Source: an uncultured Planctomycetota bacterium
GTDB lineage: Bacteria > Planctomycetota > Planctomycetia > Isosphaerales > Isosphaeraceae
Length of the DNA stretch: 64,000 nucleotides
NCBI GenBank assembly: GCA_963823665.1
Contig: CAWGMQ010000003.1
Span: 896,001 to 960,000 of the forward strand
Reading direction: 5' to 3'
The position numbers and the translations under genes were made by a program. Below the pieces are notes generated by a model, which was not told where the DNA came from, did not search any database, and saw only the letters and a program-made list of their open reading frames with translations. Shown piece by piece: positions 12,748 through 21,652 of the stretch. Numbering within the stretch: position 1 is the first letter of the stretch; the number at the start of each line of letters is the position of its first letter.

Positions 12748-13482
12748 AAATATCACTCCGCAGTCTCACGGTTGCTTCCCGGCCTCGTCAGACGGCTTCG
12801 CCAGCTTGGCCTTCCACTCGGTGACCTTCTCCGGCTTGTCCCAGGCCTCGTAGAGCTTGAGCATGCGCTCGGACGCCTCGGTGAGGCGGCTCTTGCCGGG
12901 CGGTGGGATCTTGGCCTCGCGAGCTTTCAGGCCCTCGTAACCCGAGATGATCAGCGGCTCGGCCTCGGCAAACTTCTTCTGGCCCAGCAGGCTGCCACCG
13001 AGCTGGCTGCGGGTGTTGAATGTGTTCCACTCCTCGGGCTGGAGCTTCTCGCGGATGGCTAGGCACTCGCGCAGGACCGGCTCGGCCTCGGTCCACTTGC
13101 TGTGCTGGATGTGGCTCAAGCCCAACACGGCCATAAAACCGGCCGTCCTGGCGTCGCCGGCCCCGAACCGCTTGCGGGCGCCTTCTATGCCGGCACAGAG
13201 CAGCGGCTCGGCTTCGACGAAGCGGCCCGCCTGGGAGAGGAGTTGAGCCAGATCCATTGTCAAGTCGACGGTCAACGCCCCGTCCAGTCCCTGGAGCTTG
13301 CGGTAGCCCTCAAGCGCCTGGCGGAACAACGGCTCGGCTTCGGCAGGCTTCGAGGGTGCCAGATCGTGGGCCCGTTTGTGGATGCGCTCGAGCGCCTCGG
13401 CATCGTCGGGCTTGGGGGTCGCAGGGGCGAGCGACTCCCGCGGAGGCGCGGAGGGTCTCCGACTCGGCGGGGGCCCCAGCCT

Positions 13483-13674
13483 GGGCTGATGAAAAGCGGG
13501 CGATCGTCACAAACTTCGCAGTAAACGCGCCGGCGTTTTCTGTTGCGCGAATGCTCTCTGGCGGCGGCGGCCGCAATGCACCCCCCCTGGCCCCCCCTTC
13601 TAAAGGGGGGAAGCTTTGCGCAACATACGCCGCGAGAAATCACCGCTCCTAAGATCCGCAGTATTCAACAGCCC
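13483..13674. mobile_element. 192-bp MITE-like element (copy 1) with terminal inverted repeats and an internal C/G palindrome
   Basis: Ends GGGCTGATGAAAA / TATTCAACAGCCC; internal CCCCCCCTGGCCCCCCCTTCTAAAGGGGGG; homologous copy at ~35241-35434; removal restores the kinase frame. Confidence 0.75.
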
Positions 13675-14601
13675 CGCGCCACCCTGCCGGACCGGTTCTG
13701 CACCGCCCGCTTTTGACGCGGTCGGTTCGGGCGTCGCCTCGCCCTTCAGGAGCGCATCGACGCCCCTCCAGAGCGCCTCCCATGCCCGCCGCTCGCCTTC
13801 GGGGAGTTTCTCGATGGGTTCCCGGTCGCGGACGCCGTCTAAGTCGGAGTCGGCCTGCCAGTGCTGGAGCTTCTGCCGGACGACCGAGCGGGCCTGCACG
13901 TCGCCCGCATTGAGCACTTTGGCCCATGCGGCGAGCTCAGCCTTGAGCCAATCGAGGGCCTGGCCCCGCAGCCTGGTCCGGGCGGCGGCGTCGGGCTTCG
14001 GGTCGTCCGTGCCCTGGCCGGAGCCGGCCAGGGCGGCGGCGCAAGCCGCGTTGTAGCGGTGCCCGGCCTGGCGGTCGTCGCCGAGCTTCGGCTCGGCCTG
14101 GAGCGCCTCAGCCCAGAACCGGGCGGCGGACGCATGGCGCTTCGTGTCGTAGCATATCTGGGCCAGCGCCAGGCGCTCGGCGATGTCCTTGGGGCGGTCA
14201 TCGCCCTTGAGCAAGGCCGGCAGCCGCGCTGCCAAGGCTGCCATCCGCTCGGCCTCGGCGACCCAGGCGGCCGACGGGTAGCGCCAGCCGGCCCGCTTCG
14301 ACCCGAGCTCGTGCCCCAAGCGGAACTCGGCTAGCGACTCGGCGTACTGTCCGAGCTTCCGCAAAGCGGCGCCCAGGTTGCAGTGGGCCTCGGCGGCGTC
14401 GGGCTGCAGCCGCAGCGCCTCGCGGCTCGCCGCGACCGCGCCGGGGAGGTCGCCCGAGGTGCGCAGGACTCCGCTGAGGTTCCAGTAGGCTCCGGCGAGG
14501 TCGGGCTTGAGGCGGATTGCCTCGCGGAAGGCCGCGATGGCCTCGGACCACTTCCCCTGGCCGCTCAGGGCGTTGCCGAGGTTGGCGTGGGACATTGCCT
14601 T

Positions 14602-14773
14602 GTGGGGCTGGAGCCGGATCGCCTCGCGGAATTCGGCTTCCGCCCCCGCGTAGTCGTGCTTCAAGTCCGACAGGATCCTGCCCAGGCCATTATGGGCATC
14701 GGCGCCGTGGGGCTGGAGCCGGATCGCCTCGCGGAATTCGGCTTCCGCCCCCGCGTAGTCGTGCTTCAAGTCC
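14602..14773. repeat. Recent intragenic TPR duplication (105-bp period)
   Basis: 67 bp identical at 14602-14668 and 14707-14773, encoding DLKHDYAGAEAEFREAIRLQPH twice. Confidence 0.9.
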
Positions 14774-17444
14774 CACAGGATCATGCCCAGGCTATTATGG
14801 GCATTGGCGCCGTCGGGCCGGAGCCGGATCGCCTCGCGGTAGGCGGCGATGGCCTCTGACACCTTCCCCTGGCGGCTCAGGGCGTTTCCGAGGTTGTGGT
14901 GGGCCGTGGCGTCGTCGGGCCGGAGCCGGATCGCCGCGCGCAACTCCGCTTCCGCCCCCGAGTAGTCCTGCTTCACCTCGTGCAGGCCGAGACCGATGGT
15001 GTTGTGGGCCGTGAAATCGTCACGGTGAAGCCGGATGGCCTCGCGAGCGGCGGCGACGGCCCGCTCGAAGATCGTTGCCGCTTCCGCGGCCCGGCCGTCG
15101 TTCTTCGCGTGGACTGCCAGGCACGTGAGATGGCGCGCGTTCTCCGGTCGCCGGTCCGTGAGGTCGCGGAAGACCGCCTCGGCCTCGGTGCCGCGGCCCA
15201 TCCGCTCGAGTAAATGGGCCAATTCATGGGCCGTTTCGGGTCGAAGGGCGCGGGCCGCCGTGAAGTAACGCACCGCCTCCTCGAGGTCCGTCGAGCCCTG
15301 CCGCTCCAGGGCCCAGGCCAGGTTGGAGTTGACCCAGACGTCGCCGGGATGGCGGACGGCGGCCGGCCGGAGCAGGGCCACGGCCGCCTCCGCCTCGCCC
15401 GAGTCAGCCAGAGCCCGGCCCAGCAGGACAGCGGTGGGAGCCGGGAGGTCGGCCGCTTCGGGAGCAGCAGACAGTACCTTGAGCGCGCCCGCCTCGCGCC
15501 GGCGGTCCTCGGCCATAAGAGCCTTGCGAAGCTGATCGCGATACGGGTCGGGGTCGGCCAGCCGCGCTGCCTCAAGCGGCTTCCGCCAGACGGCGACGGA
15601 GCGCCCGGCCGTGCGCCGCACGGCCGACCAGTCGTCCAGGAAGGCCGACAGCTCGATTGCTACCGCCTCGCGCCGCCGCGAGAGCCGCCGGGCCAGCTCG
15701 GCTGGCTCCAGCGCGTCGAGGTCCATGTCCGCGGCATGGAATGCGGTCGGGTAGGCGTCGTCGGTGCCGTCGGCGCCGACGTCCTCCTGATTGGCCCGGA
15801 CCTCGACGAGCGCCTGCCTCAGCCGGGCGTCGCGCTCGGCCTCTTCCAGGCCGGCCCGGATCTCGTTTCGCAGGGCATCGACCTGGTCGTCCGCCCCTTG
15901 ACCCTCGGCCCGCTCCAGCGCCGCCAGGGCCTCACGCCAGGAGGCGGGGTCGTCGACGTCGCGGCGTGCCTTATCGCGCAGCGCCTTCGTTTCGGCCAGC
16001 ACCTGCGCGAACTGCGCGGCCTGTTGTTGGCGCTGCTGGAGCCAGTATGTAAAGGTGAGGCCGCCCGCGGCGGTCAGGACCAGCAGCGACGCCGCCAGCC
16101 CCACCTGGAATTGCCGGGCGCGGCGTTCAGCCTTGGCACGCACGATCGCCTCCTCGGCGCGAGCCGACTCGGCGGCGTGGGCGATCTCGGCGGCACGGAG
16201 CCGGTCCTGCACTCCCGAGAGATAGGCGGTGACCCGTTCGGCCACGACGGCGGCCTGACGCGGGCGGTCTTCAGGCTCGCGCGCAGACAGTCCGCTGCGA
16301 GTGCGATCAGCTCACCATCGGCGCCGCAGGCGCCCAGTCGAGCGAGAGCAAAGGCGGTGTCGCCGTTGCCCGCCTTGCGGATGACCTCGCTCGACGAGCG
16401 GCCGAGGAAGGCCGGCTCGCCGCTCAAGATCTCGCACAGGATCGAACCCAGCGCGAACACGTCGGCACGCTCGTCGACTCGGTCGATCTCGCCACGCGCT
16501 TGCTCGGGCGCCATGTAGGCCGGCGTGCCCATCACCGAGCCGGCGTGGGACAGGCCGGGTGAGTCGGACCCGCTGCGGGCGGTGGCGATCAGCGTCTCTG
16601 GGGGTTCGGGTCTCCCGGCCTTCTCATCGTCCGCCACACCGCCGCGCGGCAGGACCTTGGCCAGGCCCCAGTCCATCACCTGTACCTCGCCGAACGAGCC
16701 CACCATTACGTTCGACGGCTTCAAATCGCGGTGGATGACTCCGCGGGCGTGCGCGAAGGCGACAGTCTGCGCCATCGCCTCGAAGATCGACAGGAATCTG
16801 GGCTGGTCGGCGGCGGAATCCTTGCGGTCCCTGAGCAACTGGGCCAGGGTATGCCCCTTGACCAGCTTCATGGCGAAGAAGGGCCGGCGATCCGCGAACG
16901 TGCCTAGCTCGTAGATCGGCACGACGCCCGGGTGCTGGAGCTGGCCGCCGATCTGAGCCTCCTCGACGAAGCGCCGGACCATGTCGGCATTGTCGCGGAG
17001 GTCGTCGCGGAGGACCTTGAGGGCGACGTCGCGGCCCAGGTCGGGGTCGCGGCCTTTGAGGACGGCCCCCATGCCTCCTCGGGCGATCTCGCCGTCGATG
17101 CGATAGCGGATCGAGCGGTCGTCATCGTCGTGGCCGGGGGCCTTGACGATGGGCCCAGGCTCCTCGCCGGGGGCCGTGTCGCGGAGCAGCACGCTGGTGA
17201 CGGGGCCGATGCTCCGCGCGATGGTGGCGAGAACGCTCGCTTCGGCGGGCTCGAAGGCATTGGTCGCGGCGGACCCGCCCGTCGAGGTCCGGGGGAGCGC
17301 GGCCCCCATCAGGCACTCCGGGCACAGCCCTCGCGGGGCGTCACCGGGCAACGTTGAGCCGCAATCCGGGCAGGTGCGTTCCGGGCTCATACTGAAGTCC
17401 TCCCCATGCTCGTGATGACGGTCCAGCCTCGGCCCCTACCCCTC

Positions 17445-17472
17445 AGAACGGGAAATCGCGCTGAAGGTCACA
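17445..17472 (-). promoter_or_regulatory. Putative ECF-sigma promoter upstream of the kinase
   Basis: TGTGACC-N15-CGTTCT, conserved exactly in the paralogous copy at 18386-18413. Confidence 0.55.
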
Positions 17473-17487
17473 CAGATCCGCGCTATT

Positions 17488-17642
17488 TTATCGAGCGAGC
17501 GCGGCGAACAGCGCCCGGATTTCTTCCTCGACATCGGTGGGGTCGTCCACGGTGTGGGCGATCTCCTCGCGGAGGATCTCGCCGTAGCGCTTTCTCACGC
17601 GCAAGGCCGCCATCTTGACGGATCCTTCGGTCATTCCAGCTC
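17488..17642 (-). pseudogene. 3' remnant (region 4) of a paralogous ECF sigma gene
   Basis: Encodes MTEGSVKMAALRVRKRYGEILREEIAHTVDDPTDVEEEIRALFAALAR*, aligning with the C-terminus of the sigma at 18429..19169. Confidence 0.85.
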
Positions 17643-18255
17643 AGGCCGAACCGGTGCCGTTCGGGCCGGTGGGCGTGGCGCCCGGCTCTTCGGCCGGCGC
17701 GGGCAGCGGCAGGATCTCACGCAGGGGGCAGCGGAAGCCGGGGATGACATCCTCGCCGGAGAGCACATCGTCCTCCCTCAGCTCGCCGGCCGGGCCGTCC
17801 TGGCGGAAGATCTTCACCTTGCGTAACTCGGGATAGATCACCCAGATCAGCGGCACGCCGGCCGTTCGGTAGTCGTCCAGCTTTTCCTCGAGATCCTCGG
17901 CGGAGTCGTTGGGCGAAACGACTTCGACGGCCAGATCTGGACGGATCTTGACCCAGCCTTTGGGCGCGGCGTCTCCCGGCAATCGGCCCTTCTTGACGAA
18001 CGAGACATCGGGTCTGCGGACCAGGCCGGGTGCGTGGGCGAAGCACTGGTAGCCGTTGTCGGCCGGCCACACGATGCCGAAGTTGTTGTCCTCGCAGAAC
18101 CGATCGAGCCGAGAAGCGAGGCGCATACCAACCAAACTGGATTCGGCGCCCATCTTTCGCTCCACCAATCGGCCGTTGACCAACTCAAACCGCTTGCCAT
18201 CTGGCATGGCGAGAAGGTCTTCCGGCGTGTAGCGGGTGGCGGTGGCCGTGCTCAT
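17641..18255 (-). CDS. Uma2 family (DUF820) endonuclease-like protein
   Basis: FELVNGRLVE, RRPDVSFV, PDLAVEVVSPND, KLDDYRTAGVPLIWVIYP, LSGEDVIPGFRCPL. Confidence 0.93.
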   Translation of the reverse strand: MSTATATRYTPEDLLAMPDGKRFELVNGRLVERKMGAESSLVGMRLASRLDRFCEDNNFGIVWPADNGYQCFAHAPGLVRRPDVSFVKKGRLPGDAAPKGWVKIRPDLAVEVVSPNDSAEDLEEKLDDYRTAGVPLIWVIYPELRKVKIFRQDGPAGELREDDVLSGEDVIPGFRCPLREILPLPAPAEEPGATPTGPNGTGSA

Positions 18256-18385
18256 GACCTGTGCCTCGTCGTTGACAGAAGATATCCGTCGATCGGTTCG
18301 ATTGTATCACAGTCTCGGCCGTGACGCTTAAGGGCTTGCGGCCTGCCGGTGGCATCGGTGCATGAGGGGAACCAGGCTACCCATT

Positions 18386-18413
18386 AGAACGGGAAATCCG
18401 GCCGAAGGTCACA
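18386..18413 (-). promoter_or_regulatory. Putative ECF-sigma promoter upstream of the Uma2 gene
   Basis: TGTGACC-N15-CGTTCT immediately after the sigma stop codon. Confidence 0.55.
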
Positions 18414-18428
18414 CAGATCCGCGCCATT

Positions 18429-19169
18429 TTATCGAGCCAGAGCGGCGAACAGCGCCCGGATCTCTTCTTCGACGTCGGCGGGGTTGGCCAGAGTGCGGGC
18501 GATCTCTTCGCGGAGGATCTCGCCATAGCGCTTTCGCAGGCGCGAGGCCGCCATCTTGACGGATCCTTCGGTCATTCCCAGCTCGGCGGCGATGGCCGCG
18601 ATGGGGACCTCGCCCCGCCCGCCTGTCAACGTCGGGAGCAGGCAGGCAACCAGGGCGGCCTTCCCCGCCGCGATCGATTCTGCCTCGAGCCTCGCCACGG
18701 CGTGGTCCAGCAGACTGGTGGCCCAGCGGCGCTCGAACAGCCGCTCGGGCGTCAGCTCATTGACCGGCTCGGCCGAATAACGGCCTTCCGCAAGCGTGCG
18801 ATCGATCGAGACCGGCATGGCGCCGCCGCCCCGTTTGGCGGCCCGGTCACGGTCGCGGCAATCGGCCAGATGGTGGGAACAGACGGCCATCAGGAACGAG
18901 CGGAATCGGCCGCGCTCGGGCGCGACTGCGGCGAAGCCGTCGCGGTCCAGGAGGGTGAGGAACGTGCCCTGGACGAGGTCGGCGGCCTCTTCGGGTGGAT
19001 ATCCCTTGCGACGGACGAACGCGTAGAGGGGATACCAGTAGGCGGAGCACAGCTCGGTCAGGGCATCGCGGGCCGCGGAGCCGGCGCGATCGCCCGCGGC
19101 GACGACCTGGCTCCATCGCGTCGTCGGGAACGGGGCATGTGATGACGATTCGGGACGCGATGCGGGCAC
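18429..19169 (-). CDS. ECF RNA polymerase sigma factor (Ser/Thr-kinase-associated planctomycete type)
   Basis: FPTTRWSQVVAAG, LCSAYWYPLYAFVRR, DLVQG, RGRFRSFL, AAKRGGG, ELGMTEGSVKMAASRLRKRY. Confidence 0.92.
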   Translation of the reverse strand: MPASRPESSSHAPFPTTRWSQVVAAGDRAGSAARDALTELCSAYWYPLYAFVRRKGYPPEEAADLVQGTFLTLLDRDGFAAVAPERGRFRSFLMAVCSHHLADCRDRDRAAKRGGGAMPVSIDRTLAEGRYSAEPVNELTPERLFERRWATSLLDHAVARLEAESIAAGKAALVACLLPTLTGGRGEVPIAAIAAELGMTEGSVKMAASRLRKRYGEILREEIARTLANPADVEEEIRALFAALAR

Positions 19170-19644
19170 GGTTGACCTAGCCGCCAGCTCGGGAGCGAGC
19201 GTGGACGAGCACGTTCAGCCGATCCACGCGTCTGCATATTCTACAGCCTGTCGGCCCGGCGCCGCAACCCGCCAAGGCGAGATCACGTCTCGGGTGGCCC
19301 GGCGACCGGAAGCCCTTGGCGCTCGCTTCCGGCTGCTGGCCCGGCCCTGCCGGAAGGGATTGGTTACCCGGAGGGTTCCAATGAAAGGTTTCACATTTGA
19401 AGTCATCCTTCTTTTCCGAGCTTCTTGGCGCAATTCCTGGCTTCCCTTGGTCGAGAGCAGGATCGGGCCACGAGCGAACTACCTTGTCAGTCGGACGGTG
19501 CGCATGGGCGTTCGTGATCGACGTGTGTCGGCTTGCTTCGGGGACTTCGACGATGGCGGCAGCGACCGAGTTTTGATCGATGTTGCGATTCTCAGAGATC
19601 AAGGGGCAGATTAGAATTGCGAAAGTCTCTACACGGAGGGCGTT

Positions 19645-19878
19645 ATGATCCAGAGAGCACTTTCTCCTTCGGCTCTGGCCCTGTTCAAGCGGCATATCGA
19701 GCTTGGCCGCACAGTTGACTTAGAAGTGAACAGGCCCCTATATGAGGAACTTGCCCGTGCCGGACTGATGGCGTCAGGCAACAGCTTTGCTGGGGGCCTG
19801 AACAGCATGTACAGCGTCACGAAGGCAGGCTTTGAGCGGAAAGCTGAACTCCTCGGTTGCGCGAAAGAAAGCGCGTGA
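19645..19878 (+). CDS. Small hypothetical protein, possible winged helix
   Basis: 77 aa with GGAGG RBS; YEELARAGLM...YSVTKAG pattern. Confidence 0.6.
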   Translation: MIQRALSPSALALFKRHIELGRTVDLEVNRPLYEELARAGLMASGNSFAGGLNSMYSVTKAGFERKAELLGCAKESA

Positions 19879-19879
19879 T

Positions 19880-20190
19880 AGGATTCCGAGGGATCCGGTC
19901 CCGCAGGCGCATACCGGGCCAGATCCGACCTCCCTTCTTGCCTTTCAAAAGGTCGGGGTTCAGCACGCCAGAGTCGGCTACCACGCCAGTAGTGTTGCGC
20001 GACCGCCCTCTCCGTCCCGCCAGTCGAAAGACCGCCATTCTCCGTCTCGGCCATAGTCCGGCTGCCCGTTCATGTTGTCGGGGATGCCGAGTTCCTGCAT
20101 GCGGACCGTGCAGTGCTCTTCGAGCTTGTCCGCCCAGGTTTGAGCGAATTGCCGTGCGTGATCTGCCGGGTCGGTCGGCGGCTTCTCCAT
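19880..20190 (-). pseudogene. Hypothetical protein, frameshifted and apparently truncated
   Basis: MEKPPTDPADHARQFAQTWADKLEEHC...; shifts frame to TTGVVADSGVLNPDLLKGKKGGRIWPGMRLRDRI and runs into the convergent small gene. Confidence 0.45.
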
Positions 20191-20359
20191 GTTCAAGGCA
20201 TATCATACTTTCCGAACCGCCACAAACAACAACGCCGCCCGGCGGATTTCCCCAGCGAGCGGCCAACAGGACGATGTTTGATCTCGCTGCCATCGCGGAA
20301 GGCAAGTCGGCCAACGGCGGACCGTCATCGACTTCTGAGCGTTGCGCAGGAAGATCAAA

Positions 20360-21652
20360 TCAATGACCAGATTTCTGGGCGACGACATCGATGCGTCCAT
20401 CATTCGTGATCGCAGAATACACGTCCGGCCGCGACAGGCCGTACCAGGGATCATCCAACGGACTGAGGAACAACTCGGAATAAACTCGACTGACCACGGT
20501 ATCGCGTTCCGGCGAAGCCGGCTCCGTCGCAAACCAGTTGTGAATCCGAACATGGAGGTAGTACTCATTTCGGACGGAATCTTCGTTGATGATGCGGCTG
20601 ACATTCCGGATCAGCACCATCGCCGGCATCTCGGTGAGCGCCTTCGACGGCGCCCTTCTGCCGGCGACTTCCGCGAGGGGCGGCCCGCGCTTCACGACCG
20701 CTTGAGTCGCCGGAACGTCCAATACGGGATGCATCGCCCCGCGCAGCGCGATCCTGGTCCATACCTCCGGCTGGTGATCAACGCCGATCGCAAGCGAGGC
20801 GTCGAGTTTGGCCGCGCGACAATGATCGGCCCAGGTTCGCTGGACGTCCTTCAAGCGGTCTTCATGAAACGTCGCGCGCCCTAGGAGAAACATGTCGCCA
20901 TTCAGTCCTGCGAGTCTGACGGCCGCATCGCCGGATTGCTGCAATTCCCGAACAAAGGCTTCCGCCGTATGAAGGCCAGGCAAGACGTCGATCGTCCGGC
21001 CCTGGTCGTCCAGCACCAGATGCAGGCTGTTGCCGGTGATGGTGCGCCGGATCTGGCGACCGTCCCCGAAATCGATGGTGATGATCGGCACCGCGCGCAC
21101 TGATTGCCAGTGCAGAACGAACCGACTCGCCAGCAGGCTGCGCACGCCGGCGCTCGGATACAACGTGGTACGGAAGAACCGGCTGTTCGCGCAGCTCAGC
21201 TCGTCCGTCAGTTTTCCCAGCAGCCGGAGCGAGAGGACTGCTTTCTTCTCGCGTTTCGCTACCGCCAGGGCTTCTTCGATATCGGTGTGCCAGTAAAGTC
21301 CGCTGAATTCAGCATCCTTCTGCTGCGCCACCGAGTCCAGAACGGCGGACCAGCGCGGCGACTTGCGCAGTTCCGGCTGGCTCATGAGAAACTCGACCGA
21401 TTGCGGCCCGTGCCGGCGCAGCGCCTGAATCGCCGGTTCACTGGCGGCCGCATCGCCCTGAAGCGCCAGAGTCGTCAGTCGGCCGAATTCGTCCGAATTG
21501 AAATTCGATCTGGCCGGGACGGGCGATTGGCTTGGGACCTCTTTTTCAAGCGCTTCGGCCCTGGCGTCGCCACTTCCCCAGGCCAATCCCCCCACGACAA
21601 CCGCGCTACCGGCGATCGCGATGCGCCACACTGCATTTCGAGGTCCGCTCAT
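20360..21652 (-). CDS. Secreted thioredoxin-fold protein resembling the selenoprotein N C-terminal domain (intact copy)
   Basis: Signal peptide; LYWHTDIEEALAVAKREKKAVLSLRLLGKLTDELSCANSRFFRTTLY...LASRFVLHWQSV. Confidence 0.75.
   Translation of the reverse strand: MSGPRNAVWRIAIAGSAVVVGGLAWGSGDARAEALEKEVPSQSPVPARSNFNSDEFGRLTTLALQGDAAASEPAIQALRRHGPQSVEFLMSQPELRKSPRWSAVLDSVAQQKDAEFSGLYWHTDIEEALAVAKREKKAVLSLRLLGKLTDELSCANSRFFRTTLYPSAGVRSLLASRFVLHWQSVRAVPIITIDFGDGRQIRRTITGNSLHLVLDDQGRTIDVLPGLHTAEAFVRELQQSGDAAVRLAGLNGDMFLLGRATFHEDRLKDVQRTWADHCRAAKLDASLAIGVDHQPEVWTRIALRGAMHPVLDVPATQAVVKRGPPLAEVAGRRAPSKALTEMPAMVLIRNVSRIINEDSVRNEYYLHVRIHNWFATEPASPERDTVVSRVYSELFLSPLDDPWYGLSRPDVYSAITNDGRIDVVAQKSGH

Larger units (their letters stand above)
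12766..17390 (-). pseudogene. Hanks-type Ser/Thr kinase with TPR array; frameshift near 16270 and C-terminal TPR block cut off by a 192-bp insertion
   Basis: N-terminal CPDCG zinc ribbon, GEIARGGMGAV, VALK, HRDLKPSN, DWG, GTPAYMAPE (16074..17390); TM and TPRs (13600..16245); kinesin-light-chain-like TPRs (12766..13482) in the same frame as 13600..16245. Confidence 0.85.

Noticed and set aside
19177..19620. ORFs upstream of the ECF sigma gene
   Set aside because: No recognisable motif or RBS in any frame
20360..21652. Selenocysteine recoding in the SelN-like gene
   Set aside because: The ORF is open with SCAN at the motif; there is no in-frame TGA
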